Source of the DNA: Candidatus Latescibacterota bacterium
Lineage (GTDB): Bacteria; Latescibacterota; UBA2968; UBA8231
DNA length: 64,000 nucleotides
Reading direction: 5' to 3'
Assembly: GCA_965206595.1 (NCBI GenBank)
Contig: OZ242214.1
Coordinates: 4,416,001-4,480,000 of the forward strand
Shown one piece after another: positions 1 to 10,323 of the stretch; position 1 is the first letter of the stretch, and each line of letters opens with the position of its first letter. A program made the translations under genes and the position numbers. A model generated the notes under the pieces. The model did not search any database and was not told where the DNA came from. It worked only from the letters and a program-made list of their open reading frames with translations.

Positions 1-226
1 GACGGCGACGACCTCGGTGACCAGCGAGGTGATCGGGATGTCGCTGGTGGCAGGAGGGAAGGTCTCCGACGGCCCGATGGATCCCGGCCAGTGGCCGTAC
101 AAGTCCGTCCTCGAGGCAATGGAGGACGGCTGGCGCGTCGTGCGCTTCCCGGTGCAGCTGCCCGCGGGACACACGCAGGACGCCCACATCACCTGTGAAT
201 TCGTGCTCGAAAGGTGGGGACCATGA
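1..226 (+). CDS. Small hypothetical protein, 5'-truncated by the window edge, translationally coupled to the PhyH gene
   Basis: Frame is open from the window start (…PYKSVLEAMEDGWRVVRFP…EFVLERW); its TGA (224-226) overlaps the next ATG (223) as ATGA. Confidence 0.65.
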   Translation, partial: TATTSVTSEVIGMSLVAGGKVSDGPMDPGQWPYKSVLEAMEDGWRVVRFPVQLPAGHTQDAHITCEFVLERWGP

Positions 227-1080
227 CCGCCGCAGAGAGGGCCGGACGCGCCGGTCCGGTCGCTCCGACCATCGGCGACTCCGAGGTCCTGGAGTTCTGC
301 AAGACCGGGCTGCTCACCCTCGAGGCGGTCGTTCCCGAGTCGACCAACCAGTGGGTCCGCGCCTATCTCGAAGCCGGTTCCGCGGAGCCGTCGGCGACCG
401 CCCAGGAGCTGGTCGGGGAGGACCGCTTCGCCGCCGAAGTGCTGCTGCACCCGGAGGTGGCCGGGGTCTGCAGGGCGCTCCTCGGCGCCGGCTTTCAGCT
501 TCCGGACTGGATGGCCAACCACCGCCTCGAGGGCCCCAGGCCGATCGGCCGCTGGCACATCGACGGGGGATCGCGGTTCGAGCGCACCTGCGAGCTGCTG
601 CAGGTCTTCTACCTGCCGCAGGCGGTGACCCCGGAGATGGGGCCGACCCTCTTTCTGCCCGGTTCGCACCTCGTGCCGATAGCGCGCGAGGAGCTGGAGC
701 ATTACGGCCACCTCGCAGGACAGGTATCGACCGCGGCGCCGGCAGGCTCGGTTTTCTTCACCGCCTACTCGATCTGGCACCGGCAGTCGGAGAAGAGGGC
801 CGCGGAGGTCCGCAACCTCCTGAAGTGGGTGTACTGGCGGACGCAGCCGCCGCGGCGGGACTGGCTGCCCGAGCCGGGGTTCGATCCGGGGAGGGCGGAC
901 TATTCGTACGAGAACGGCTACTTCCGAGGCAGCACGCGGAAATGGCAGTCGGTGCCGCGGGTGGCCGAGATGTTCACCTGGATGTGCGGCAAGGCGGACG
1001 AGTTCCGGCAGGTCGGGGGATCGGGATGGCCTTACTCGACGTCGGATCCGGGCCTGCGCAAACCGGGGAACAGGAGCTGA
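223..1080 (+). CDS. Phytanoyl-CoA dioxygenase (PhyH) family Fe(II)/2OG oxygenase
   Basis: WHIDGG (HxD), GPTLFLPGSH and distal SIWHR motifs. Confidence 0.85.
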   Translation: MTAAERAGRAGPVAPTIGDSEVLEFCKTGLLTLEAVVPESTNQWVRAYLEAGSAEPSATAQELVGEDRFAAEVLLHPEVAGVCRALLGAGFQLPDWMANHRLEGPRPIGRWHIDGGSRFERTCELLQVFYLPQAVTPEMGPTLFLPGSHLVPIAREELEHYGHLAGQVSTAAPAGSVFFTAYSIWHRQSEKRAAEVRNLLKWVYWRTQPPRRDWLPEPGFDPGRADYSYENGYFRGSTRKWQSVPRVAEMFTWMCGKADEFRQVGGSGWPYSTSDPGLRKPGNRS

Positions 1081-1236
1081 AGCGCCGAACCGCGGTCTCT
1101 TGGATGCCGCCCCCGCATGGGCGATATTGATACCGGCTTTTTCGAAGCCGATTCTCCCCATCCCGGCCGGTTGCAACGGCCGGGACCTTCCCAAAGGGCC
1201 TTTGAGAAAAGGCCGAACAAACCAAGGAGACGAACG

Positions 1237-1662
1237 ATGATCCCCACCATCAGTTCCGGCGTCGCAGGGCCTCTCGGCGCCATCCACCTCCCCCGGCTCT
1301 GGTCGAAGGTGCTGCTCAGCGCCCACGGACAGCTCGAAGAGGGGTACGACGAGTGCGGCATGGGTTTCGACCAGATGGTCTTGGACGGGCTCAAGGTCGA
1401 CCGCGACGCCGCCATCGCCTTCATCAAGGACAACAACGCCACCTACCCGCAGTTCGAGCAGTGGGTCCGCGACCAGCGGGGCGGCAGCATTCCCGGCAGC
1501 GAGATCGAGGCCTCCAACGCCGCCATCGCCGGGTACGATCACGACGACGACACGCGGGGCGGGATCCTGTCCGCGGCCGGTATCGGCGACGACGGCTCGA
1601 TCAGGGACGCCGTCAATCTCAACAACCTCGACGACTGGACGGAGTTGCACGGCTCGCTGTAG
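1237..1662 (+). CDS. DUF5069-like small protein
   Basis: AGGAG RBS at 1225-1229 before ATG 1237; GPLGAIHLPRLWSK…GY..CG.GFD…NLDDW pattern. Confidence 0.65.
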   Translation: MIPTISSGVAGPLGAIHLPRLWSKVLLSAHGQLEEGYDECGMGFDQMVLDGLKVDRDAAIAFIKDNNATYPQFEQWVRDQRGGSIPGSEIEASNAAIAGYDHDDDTRGGILSAAGIGDDGSIRDAVNLNNLDDWTELHGSL

Positions 1663-1694
1663 CAGGCGGCTGATTCAAGTCGGTCGACTTCATC

Positions 1695-1730
1695 GATCCC
1701 CCGTCAGCTCTGTCTGGCGGGGGATCTTTT
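1695..1730 (+). terminator. Rho-independent terminator
   Basis: GATCCCCCGTCAG / CTGGCGGGGGATC stem followed by TTTT, about 30 nt after the stop at 1662. Confidence 0.75.
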
Positions 1731-1954
1731 CGTACCCGAGCCACCCTCCTCCCCGGATGTCGGGGACTCCCCGGGTGGAGTCCGGCGGCAGCCGCTCAGG
1801 GGCCGGAAAACCCGCCCGGGCCGGTACAATCGAATATCCAGAACCGGGCGGCCGCTCTTTGTACAAGAACTCATCCGGACAGCGGGCTGGCCCCGGATTT
1901 CTTCGATTTGAGCCCGGTGGGGGGCTTGCGGTCGCGTGGGCGACCCCGCGGGAG

Positions 1955-3013
1955 TCAGGAGTGCAGGAAATCCCACAGCTCGGAGGCGCGCTCTCCGGCG
2001 ATCGGGTCGCGGCGCAGGATCGAGTCGATGCCGCGCTCTTCCATGTAGCGGGGGGCGTACTCCAGGCCCTTGTCGAATTCGCGGCGCGAGACTCCGACCT
2101 CCTCGGGGGCGAACCGCACCTGGCAGCGGCGCAGGCGCCCGGCCAGCAGCTCCGGGGACTCGCCGGCGTGCCAGGCGATCGCCAGGGCCGCGAGGGCGAC
2201 GATCTCGCCGTGGATCCAGGTGCGGCGGTTGATCTCCTCCAGGGCGAGCCAGAAGGGGTGGTCGCCGCTGCCGCCGCCGGCGCTGGAGGCGGCGAGCATG
2301 CCGTCCCGCTCCTGCAAGGCCGCGGCAATCATGCTCACGCTCTCCCCGGTGAGTTGGCCGCCGCGGTCCAGGGTGGCCTCGAAGTCGCCGGCCAGCTTCT
2401 CCTGGTAGGCGTGCATGCCGTCTGCCCAGGACTCGTCGAAGGCAGGTCCGATGCCGCGGGCGGCGCGCCACCGCCACTCGGCGATGCCGGCGTACCCGCA
2501 GAGGATGTCGCCGATGCCGGCGGTGTTGAGCCAGGGAGGGGCGGCCAGCACCACGTCGCAGTCGACGAGCACGTGCTCGCAGTCGACCCAGGGCCAGTCG
2601 GCGGCTTCGCCGACGGTGCGGTGGCCCTCCCAGCGGGCGAAGACGCCGTGGATGATCGCCCCGGTGGAGACGATGGTCGGGACGAGGACGAGGGGCAGGT
2701 CCCTGTCGAGGGCGGCGAACTTCGCGTCGTCGAGGGCGGTGCCGCCCCCGAGTCCGACGACGAGCTCGATGCCGTCGGGGAGCCGCCGGCTCAGCTCCTG
2801 CTGGTGGCGCTGGTCGAGCCACTCGGCGTGGACCACTCCGTCAGGCTCGCGGGTGAGGTGGGGCCGGGCCGCGGCCCAGGCGCTGGGGGTGGTCACGACT
2901 CCGTAGGGGGGCCAGTCCCGGCTCTCGCGGCGCAGCAGGCCGCGGCCGCAGCGGATGTCGATGTCGGCCGCGGGCCTGGCCCGGGCGCTGTCGTTCCAGC
3001 CGCGGTTTTCCAT
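1955..3013 (-). CDS. Iron-containing alcohol dehydrogenase / sn-glycerol-1-phosphate dehydrogenase-like protein
   Basis: GLGGGTALDDAK, VPTIVS, AGIGD, GDH and HGE motifs of the DHQ-synthase-like fold. Confidence 0.8.
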   Translation of the reverse strand: MENRGWNDSARARPAADIDIRCGRGLLRRESRDWPPYGVVTTPSAWAAARPHLTREPDGVVHAEWLDQRHQQELSRRLPDGIELVVGLGGGTALDDAKFAALDRDLPLVLVPTIVSTGAIIHGVFARWEGHRTVGEAADWPWVDCEHVLVDCDVVLAAPPWLNTAGIGDILCGYAGIAEWRWRAARGIGPAFDESWADGMHAYQEKLAGDFEATLDRGGQLTGESVSMIAAALQERDGMLAASSAGGGSGDHPFWLALEEINRRTWIHGEIVALAALAIAWHAGESPELLAGRLRRCQVRFAPEEVGVSRREFDKGLEYAPRYMEERGIDSILRRDPIAGERASELWDFLHS

Positions 3014-3119
3014 GGGTGCCTTGGGGGAATAGGGAAAGGTTCGGCTGTCGAGGTGAGGGGGCCCGGCAAGGAGGCTGCCGGTGCGGCAGCGCCCCGGGTG
3101 CTCCCGCGCGAGAGGCCGG

Positions 3120-4262
3120 CTATCCGAGCCAGTACTTCAGGGCGAGGTCGCCTACGAGGTAGCCGACCGCGGCCACCCCGAAGCCGACGACGAGCAGGTC
3201 GATGCCGCTGCGGAACATGCTGCGGCCGGTGAAGATGCTGCGCGCGGCGCCGACCGCGAAGTGGGAGACCATCGAGACGCCGAAGGAGGTCCAGATGGCG
3301 GCCGGTCCGCTCAGGATCAGGAACGGCGCCACCGGAATGGAGGCCCCGACCGCGGTGGCGACGCCGGTGATGCAGCCCTCGCGGACCGGGGTTACGTGCT
3401 GCTCCCCGATGCCGAGCTCTTCCTGCACCATCACCTCCAGCGCCTGCTCCGGAGACTTCATGATCTCCCGCGCGATCTCGCGGGCCAGTTCTTCCTTGAC
3501 GCCCTTGGTCTGGTAAAGGAGGGTGAGCTCCTCCTCCTCGATTTCGGGCATGAAGCGCAGCTCTTCCTCTTCCACCGCGATTTCGTGGTCGTAGACCTCG
3601 CGTTCGCTCTTGGCGGCGAGGTAGCCGGAAGAACCCATGGAGAGGGCGTCGGCGATCATTCCCGCGACGCCGGTCAGCATGATGAAAGTCGCCCCGGCCT
3701 GGGCGCCGACGACTCCGGCGACGAGGCCGAAGTTCGCCGTCAGACCGTCGTTGAATCCGTAGACGACGTTGCGCAGGAAACCGCCGGACCTGGTGTAGTG
3801 CCAGGGCTCCCCTTCGCGTCCGGACAGCTTCGACAGGGTCTCGGCGTGGCGCGCCGATTCCCTGGCCAGGAGCAGCGCCGCGTCCGCGGTCGAGCCGGGA
3901 TCGCTTTCCCGGTACAGGGAGATGTAGCCCCTGACCTCGAGCCCCTCTTCGCGCAGCAGCAGGGAATGCAGCATTTCCGGGCCGAACCTGCCGGCGATCC
4001 AGGACAGCAGGCGCGCGCGCGAGGAGGGCTTGCGCCGCGGCACCGTCACCCCGTGCTCGGCGAAGATCTTCTCCCAGACCGCAGTGTGCTTCTCTTCGAC
4101 CGCGGCGAGCTTGAGATAGAGATCCCCCTTCTCCTCGTCGGAGGAAGACCCGGCGAGCCTGCGGTAGAGGAAGGCGGCGTCGCTTTCGTCCTGCCAGTGA
4201 TCGCGCCACAGCGCGATCGTCTTGCGGTCGGGCGGGCTGCCTTTGGAGGGCGTTTCGGTCAT
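3120..4262 (-). CDS. VIT1/CCC1 family transporter with N-terminal rubrerythrin-like domain
   Basis: ExxH motifs (EEKH, ESARH), then LRNVVYGFNDGL and ALSMGSSGYLAAKSE; start chosen at MTETP. Confidence 0.88.
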   Translation of the reverse strand: MTETPSKGSPPDRKTIALWRDHWQDESDAAFLYRRLAGSSSDEEKGDLYLKLAAVEEKHTAVWEKIFAEHGVTVPRRKPSSRARLLSWIAGRFGPEMLHSLLLREEGLEVRGYISLYRESDPGSTADAALLLARESARHAETLSKLSGREGEPWHYTRSGGFLRNVVYGFNDGLTANFGLVAGVVGAQAGATFIMLTGVAGMIADALSMGSSGYLAAKSEREVYDHEIAVEEEELRFMPEIEEEELTLLYQTKGVKEELAREIAREIMKSPEQALEVMVQEELGIGEQHVTPVREGCITGVATAVGASIPVAPFLILSGPAAIWTSFGVSMVSHFAVGAARSIFTGRSMFRSGIDLLVVGFGVAAVGYLVGDLALKYWLG

Positions 4263-4347
4263 TGTGAGCGGTGCAGCTCCCGGGGAGATGGGGGGCGCAA
4301 TATAGGGGGCGGACCGCTCCTCGAACATGGCCGGCGCCTCGCTGCCG

Positions 4348-5178
4348 TCAGAGATGGCCGACGGCCTGCAGAAGGGCAACCTGGTACCCGAGCGCGAAGG
4401 CGAAGGCGACGAGGTCCGGTTCCGGGCCGGAGATCTTCGGCACGTGATCCGGCATGATCATGTACTGGTATCCCACCTCCTTGTACACCTTCAGGGCCTC
4501 GTAGAAGTCGACGTCCCCCTCGTCGGGGAAGGTCTCGACGAAGTTGCAGAAACCGCCGCGGATGTTGCGGAAGTGGACGTTGAAGATCTTGCCGCGCTCG
4601 CCGAACCAGCGGATGACGTCGAAGATCTCCTCGCCCGGGTTGTCGAGCATCTCGCAGACCGTGCCCTGGCAGAAATTGAGCCCGTGAAAGGGGCTCTCGG
4701 CGATCTCGACAAAGCGCCGGAGACCGGCAATGCTGCCCATCACGCGGTCGACGCCGCGCAGCTCCTGCGGGCTCGGCACCGGCGGGTCGTGCGGGTGGCA
4801 GGCGATGCGGATCCCGTATTCCTCGGCGACAGGCACGACGCGCTCGAGGAAGCAGGCGATGCGTTCCCACATGGTGTCGGCGTCGACGCGGCCGGCAGCG
4901 GTCAGCGGCTCCTGCTCGGCCTCGGCGTAGACGAAGGAGCGGTTGGTCGAGCCGCCGCGCCCTTTCACCGGGGCGGTGCCGATGTGCCCGAGCGGGATCA
5001 TGTCGAGGGAGATACCGAACGACTCGACGCGCTCCCGGTGCCGCTTCAGGTGGTCGGCCGTCCAGGAGCTGGCGGGGCGGTCCGGGGTGCTGCAGACATG
5101 GTCGATGCCGAGCTGTTTCAGCTGGCGGAAGAAGTCGTCGCCGATGCGAGGACAATCGAACTGCGTTCCCACGTACAT
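4348..5178 (-). CDS. uxuA: Mannonate dehydratase (UxuA) family protein, unusually short
   Basis: [28 protein letters not shown] and PDHVP motifs. Confidence 0.75.
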   Translation of the reverse strand: MYVGTQFDCPRIGDDFFRQLKQLGIDHVCSTPDRPASSWTADHLKRHRERVESFGISLDMIPLGHIGTAPVKGRGGSTNRSFVYAEAEQEPLTAAGRVDADTMWERIACFLERVVPVAEEYGIRIACHPHDPPVPSPQELRGVDRVMGSIAGLRRFVEIAESPFHGLNFCQGTVCEMLDNPGEEIFDVIRWFGERGKIFNVHFRNIRGGFCNFVETFPDEGDVDFYEALKVYKEVGYQYMIMPDHVPKISGPEPDLVAFAFALGYQVALLQAVGHL

Positions 5179-5554
5179 GCCGAACCCCCTGTTCTGACTG
5201 GTATGTTGCCATGGCTGACGGCTCTCTACGGCAGCGGCCTGTCTGCGCGTGGGTTGGAGGCCAACCTTCGACAGGCCACCAAGGATAGTGTGGGACCCTG
5301 CGTCCTACCATCATCTTCGGCGCAGCTCATGGCGGCCGATCTGCATGGGAGGTCCGGCACGAATCATGGGCCCTATCTTTCCTGTCCACGGAAGTCGCCA
5401 GAAAATGGAAAGGTCTCACCTGCCGAAGCAGGCCGATAAGTCCCGTCGCGATGGTTATGTTGATGACAACCTGTCACCCCGTCATGGTCGACGACCCTTC
5501 TACGCCGCCGAGCTGCGCACCGGTTCCGGCAACCGATGTGTCAGGTAGCGGTGC

Positions 5555-6487
5555 ATGAAGGCGGATCTCCGCTGCTCGCTGTATGTGCTGGTCTCGGCCG
5601 CGGCCGCCGCCGCGGGACTGCTGCTCACCGAGATCGCCCTCAACTTCTACGCGGCGACCACCCTGCAGATCGCCTTCCTGGCGAATATCGTCGGCGGGAC
5701 CTTCCTGCTCCTCCCCTTCCTCCGCGGCGGCTGTCCCTGGCGGGGCTGGCCCGCGGCGGACTGGCTGCGCTTGGCCGTCTCCGCGGTTGTTATCTACGCG
5801 GCCGGGTTCGTGCTGCTCTTCGCCGCCATCGCCCGCGTCGGCTCCAGCAAGGTCATCCTGCTCGGCCGCGTCGAAGCCATCTTCGTCGTCGCTTTCGCCG
5901 TGATCTTCCTCGGGGAACGCTGGTCCGCCCGGCACTGGTCAGCCTCCTTCCTGGCGCTCGCCGGGGCCACGTTGATCAGCTTCGATCCCGGGGTCCTGCA
6001 GCCGGCCCTTTCCTGGGGGGACGCCCTGACCCTGCTCGCCGCCCTCGCGGTGGCCGCCGGCATCGTCATCCTGAAGCCGTTGCTGATGCGGCGGGACTCC
6101 CGCTTCGTCAGCGGGCTCGGGCTGCTCGCCGGCGCCGCCTGCCTGGGGCCGTTTCTCTACGCCGACGACTGCCTCCCCAAGGGACCTTCTCTGGCAACCG
6201 CGCCTCTGTTCCTGTTGCTGATTGCGGTCCGGGGCATGCTGCTCGGGATATCCTGGGCGACCTACAACGCCGCCATGAAGCAGATCGGCGCGTCCCGGTG
6301 CGCTGTGCTCTTCCTGTCGGTCTCGTTCCTGACCGTGGCCCTGCAGGTGTTCGTCGACGCCGCGGCTCCGGGTCTGGGCCTGCAGGTGCCCGACAGCCTG
6401 GCTACCGCGGTGGCCGGCGGCATCGTCATCTCGGTTGCGGTTGCCCTGGTACAGCGCGACCCGGAGGGGAGCCAGGGGAAGTCCTGA
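5555..6487 (+). CDS. DMT/EamA family transporter
   Basis: About 10 hydrophobic helices in two repeats; AVIFLGERW motif. Confidence 0.85.
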   Translation: MKADLRCSLYVLVSAAAAAAGLLLTEIALNFYAATTLQIAFLANIVGGTFLLLPFLRGGCPWRGWPAADWLRLAVSAVVIYAAGFVLLFAAIARVGSSKVILLGRVEAIFVVAFAVIFLGERWSARHWSASFLALAGATLISFDPGVLQPALSWGDALTLLAALAVAAGIVILKPLLMRRDSRFVSGLGLLAGAACLGPFLYADDCLPKGPSLATAPLFLLLIAVRGMLLGISWATYNAAMKQIGASRCAVLFLSVSFLTVALQVFVDAAAPGLGLQVPDSLATAVAGGIVISVAVALVQRDPEGSQGKS

Positions 6488-6797
6488 AACTGCGAGCCGC
6501 CGTTGGGGATTGGCTGCGCCCGCAACCTTCGGCTCGGCGATCCATGCAACAGGATTCGAGATGCCATTGGCCGGCGTCCCCCCGCCCGGTTCAACGAGGT
6601 CACCCTGCCGGGCCGCCCGAGGGCTCGCCATCCCGCGTTCCACTCAGCCGCCTGGCCGGTGTTGAACCCTCTCCAGGCAATCAGATGAACCGCGGATATC
6701 GAGGATACAGGAGCGTATATTCTGGTAGTCGCCTGGCAAATCTTCCGGCACGCCCCGCAGGCCGGCAATCTCTTCACTGCTTTGTAGACCTTCGCCC

Positions 6798-7181
6798 ATG
6801 ACCAGGTACGGCCTCCTCCTCGTGGCGGCGCTCCTCGCTTCGAGCTGCGGGAACGACTCGCAAGAAGCCGATGACGCCAAGCCCGCGGCAGCAGTCCCGC
6901 CGATGACGGCCGCGCAAGAGTCCGCGGCCCTGGCGGCCTACGCCAACCTGTGCGCCCACTGTCACGGCGAGAACATGGAGGGGGGCCGCAGCAAGAGCCT
7001 CGTCGACGGCCTCTGGATGTACGGAGCCGACGACGGCCGCATTCGCAGCAACATCGCCGGCGGCATCCCGCGGGTCGGCATGCCCGGCTTCGGCAGCATG
7101 CTCGAGGAAGAGGAGCTCGACGAGCTGGTGGCGCTCATCAGGAAGGCGGAGGCCGCAAGCCGGCAGGAGAAGGGGAAGTAA
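6798..7181 (+). CDS. Monoheme c-type cytochrome lipoprotein
   Basis: Lipobox LASSC, CAHCH heme motif, distal GMPGF methionine ligand. Confidence 0.85.
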   Translation: MTRYGLLLVAALLASSCGNDSQEADDAKPAAAVPPMTAAQESAALAAYANLCAHCHGENMEGGRSKSLVDGLWMYGADDGRIRSNIAGGIPRVGMPGFGSMLEEEELDELVALIRKAEAASRQEKGK

Positions 7182-7352
7182 CGCCGCGCCGGCTGTCGCT
7201 GGCTTTGCCGGGACTTCGGGAAGCGGTCCCTTGCAGCCGGTTTCCGGCGGACAGTGCACGAAACGGCGCCCACTGCTTCGCTGGAACGCCTCGACCGAGG
7301 TCTGGCGTCCCGCCTCTGAAAGTGGCGGTCCGGCCTTGCGGCCGGGAGCCGC

Positions 7353-8516
7353 TCACACGGCGTCCTGCCTCGGCCAGTACAGGGGCAACGGGCACCAGGA
7401 TTCCAGCGGTGCCGCCGCCTTGGGAAGGGGGCGTGACTGCGACGGCGCCAGCGGCCCGAACAGCAGCCGGTGGGCGAGATGGGGGTCGCAGGAGATCGCC
7501 GGCGTCTCCTCTACCCGTTCGCACGAAACCTCGCCGGCAACGACGGAGATCGCGACCGCACCGTAGCCCCCTATGCCGAGGGTCACGCGCCCGTCCGCAA
7601 GCGGGGCGCCTGAAAGGGCTGCGGCGGCCTTGGCGCCGAGCAGCGCGGAGATGACCCGGGGCCAGTCGAACACCTGCCAGTTACCCGAGCTGCCCAGCGC
7701 CGTCGCCTCGCAGACCTCCCCGAGCCGGTGGAGGAAGGGGCCTGCCAGGGGCCCGGCGGTGAGGGTGACGCTCCTCGCATCCCCCTGCTCGACCCAGGCG
7801 CGGGCGATCTCGAACGCCGTGTCTCCGTCCCGGCCCACCACCTCCAGCAGCTCGTCCCCTTCCAGGTTCACGGCGACGTAGCCGGCCAGCTCGCCCTCCT
7901 GAAGGGCGGCGTACGGGACGGCGCGCCAGCTCCGCAGCACAGCGTGGAAGTCCCGGGGAGAGCGTTCCACCCGCACCGGCTGGGCGTCGTGGAGCCCGCG
8001 GGCCGCCTCGAGGCGTCCGGCCGGCCCGTCATCCAGCGGCTCGAACCGGATTTCCGACGGCGCGCTGAAACAGTGCCGGATGTTGCTCTTGTTCAGCCGC
8101 AACTCCACCTCGACGCCGCACCTTTCGTACCCGAAGTAGCCGTAGCGCTGGCGCTGGCCGCCGAGAACGGAAAGCGGGTACCCCTCCTCCTTCATGACGC
8201 CGACGCAGTGGGTCATCAGGCGCTGCATCATCCCCTGGCCGCGGAACTCGGGATGGGTCGAGACCCCGCTGATGCCGGCGATCGGCAGGGTCGCCGCGCC
8301 GACTTTCCAGGTGAGCGGATGAACCCCGACGACGGCGCGGATGCGGCCGCCTCGCCGAAGCGCCCATAGGCAGGCCATGAGGCTGTCGTCAGGGCGGTAG
8401 AGCTTGGGAAGGAGGTTTTCGAAATCGGCAGGGGGCGACTTGTCGAAGGCGAGGTTCATCACCTCCATGGCCTCGTCGAAGTCGGCTGCCGAAAGCGGTG
8501 CGATGCTGTGGCTCAT
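7353..8516 (-). CDS. GNAT N-acetyltransferase, Eis-like
   Basis: VSTHPEFRGQGMM acetyl-CoA motif and YGYFGYE; C-terminal SCP2-like region. Confidence 0.85.
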   Translation of the reverse strand: MSHSIAPLSAADFDEAMEVMNLAFDKSPPADFENLLPKLYRPDDSLMACLWALRRGGRIRAVVGVHPLTWKVGAATLPIAGISGVSTHPEFRGQGMMQRLMTHCVGVMKEEGYPLSVLGGQRQRYGYFGYERCGVEVELRLNKSNIRHCFSAPSEIRFEPLDDGPAGRLEAARGLHDAQPVRVERSPRDFHAVLRSWRAVPYAALQEGELAGYVAVNLEGDELLEVVGRDGDTAFEIARAWVEQGDARSVTLTAGPLAGPFLHRLGEVCEATALGSSGNWQVFDWPRVISALLGAKAAAALSGAPLADGRVTLGIGGYGAVAISVVAGEVSCERVEETPAISCDPHLAHRLLFGPLAPSQSRPLPKAAAPLESWCPLPLYWPRQDAV

Positions 8517-8720
8517 GGTCCGGTCTTTTCAGCGCGGCGCTGCCTGCCCCCGGTCAAGGCTGCGCCCGACGAGTGGAAATCGTACGAGAACCGGCTGCGA
8601 AAAGGATGGATCCGGCACAGAACGTGCCGCCAAGGGCTGCCGGTCACCTGTCCCGGAATGGATTCCCCATCAAGCCGCCGAGGGGCCTGGGATCGAAGGC
8701 GCCTGAGCGGGAAGGGACCA

Positions 8721-9365
8721 CTAAAGGCCGGCGACCTTCACCCCGGTGCCGGCGAGCTGCTCCTCTACGTGGGCTACGCAGGCCTCGATCGATTTGAAAG
8801 GATGGCCGGGATATGCTTCGAGGCTGAATTCCAGGTCGTTGGGCCCGAAGGCGACCATGTCGATCCCTGGCTTGGCGAGATGCCGGGCGTTGGTCACGGC
8901 GTTCACCGACTCGAGCTGAACGATGAGGATGCCGGTTTCGTTCCACCAGCTGGCGTACTCGAGGCGCTCGCGGCCGTCGAACTTGAAGCCGTGGGCAGGA
9001 CCCCAGCTGCGCTTGCCGATAGGTGGGTAGTAGAAGGCATCTATCGCCTCGTCGATGGTCTCCACGGTCTCGACCTGGGGCACCATGATGGCCATCGGTC
9101 CGAGGTCGAGGTAGTTGCCGACGAGGAATGCGTGGCGGGTGTGCTTGATGCGCAACTGCACGGGGATGTCGAGCTCCCGGGCGGTTGCGCAGAAGGAGAC
9201 CAGGCTCTCTTCGTTGTACGGGGCGTGCTGCGCGTCCGTCGAAAACATATCGATCCCCCCGGCGGCGAACTCTTCGAGCTGTTGCCGGGTCGAGGTGAGG
9301 GGGGTCCGGACCACGGCGACATCGCCGCCCCGGTGAAGGCGCTGTTTCAGGGATTCTTCCGGCAT
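8721..9365 (-). CDS. HpcH/HpaI aldolase family protein
   Basis: DAQH, YLDLGP.AIMVPQVET, YPPIGKRS, QLES and GPNDL motifs; RBS before ATG 9365. Confidence 0.85.
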   Translation of the reverse strand: MPEESLKQRLHRGGDVAVVRTPLTSTRQQLEEFAAGGIDMFSTDAQHAPYNEESLVSFCATARELDIPVQLRIKHTRHAFLVGNYLDLGPMAIMVPQVETVETIDEAIDAFYYPPIGKRSWGPAHGFKFDGRERLEYASWWNETGILIVQLESVNAVTNARHLAKPGIDMVAFGPNDLEFSLEAYPGHPFKSIEACVAHVEEQLAGTGVKVAGL

Positions 9366-9411
9366 GGCGTTCTCCTTCTCTGTGAGCGGCAGCCTGCGGG
9401 TGCTGCGAACC

Positions 9412-10323
9412 TCAGCGGGCGACGCCGAAATCCGCTTCGAACTCCTCCCAGACCGCCTCGGGAATCTCGGCGGTCGCGGCCTCGACGGCGCTCTCGACCT
9501 CTTCCAGGCTGCCCGGCCCCGGCAGGACGATGCTGTCGACCGGCGCCGCCAGGCAGAACTGGATCGCCAGGTGGCGGATGTCGACGCCCCTTTCGGCACA
9601 CCACTCGAGCATCCTCGCGACCCTCGGTTCCCGCCCCGGGACCTTGCGCTGCTCTTCCGAGGCCTGCGGCACCTCGCCGGTGAGCAAGCCCATCCCCAGG
9701 GGGCTGGCGAGCTGCACGCCGACGTCGTGCTCGCGGCAGACCGGAAACATCCTGTCGCGAGCCGCCTGGGTCAGCAGGTTGTACTCGAGGTAGGTGAGCA
9801 CGACCTCGATATGGCCGGTGGCGATGGCCCGCTCCATGACGGCATCCGAGCGGGCCCCGATGCCGATGTGCCTGAGCTTGCCCTCATCCTTCATCTTCAG
9901 CAGCTCGTCGAGGGCGTTTCCGGGAGCCAGCGGGTCGAGCATTTCGTGCGACGGGAGATCCTCCGGCTGGTCGTACCCGTGAATCAGCACGGCGTCGACG
10001 TAGTCGGTCTGCATCTGCCGCAGGCTGTCCTCGAGACTGGCGCGGGTGGCGGACGCGGAGTGATCGGACTTCCGCTGCGTCATGCGGCTGACCTTCGCCT
10101 GCAGGTAGACCTTTTCCCGCCTTCCCCCGGCCAGGGCCTTGCCCCAGCGCGCCTCGTCCTGGCCGGGATAGGTGTCGAAGAAGTTGATCCCCAGCTCCAG
10201 GGCCCGGTGGATCGCCTCGATCGTTTCCCGGTCCGTACTCCGGCCCCACCAAGCCGCACCCAGCCCGATCGAATTCGGGCGCATTTCCGTGTCGCCCAGA
10301 CGGCGCTCTTCGAGTGCAGACAT
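9412..10323 (-). CDS. Aldo/keto reductase
   Basis: GINFFDTY, SLEDSLRQMQTDYVDAVLIH, GKLRHIG and SPLGMGLL motifs. Confidence 0.9.
   Translation of the reverse strand: MSALEERRLGDTEMRPNSIGLGAAWWGRSTDRETIEAIHRALELGINFFDTYPGQDEARWGKALAGGRREKVYLQAKVSRMTQRKSDHSASATRASLEDSLRQMQTDYVDAVLIHGYDQPEDLPSHEMLDPLAPGNALDELLKMKDEGKLRHIGIGARSDAVMERAIATGHIEVVLTYLEYNLLTQAARDRMFPVCREHDVGVQLASPLGMGLLTGEVPQASEEQRKVPGREPRVARMLEWCAERGVDIRHLAIQFCLAAPVDSIVLPGPGSLEEVESAVEAATAEIPEAVWEEFEADFGVAR

Noticed and set aside
6540-6710. Possible 6S-like or structured RNA (GGTTCAAC 6588-6595 pairs with GTTGAACC 6661-6668)
   Set aside because: One 8-bp stem with no convincing closing stem; insufficient evidence
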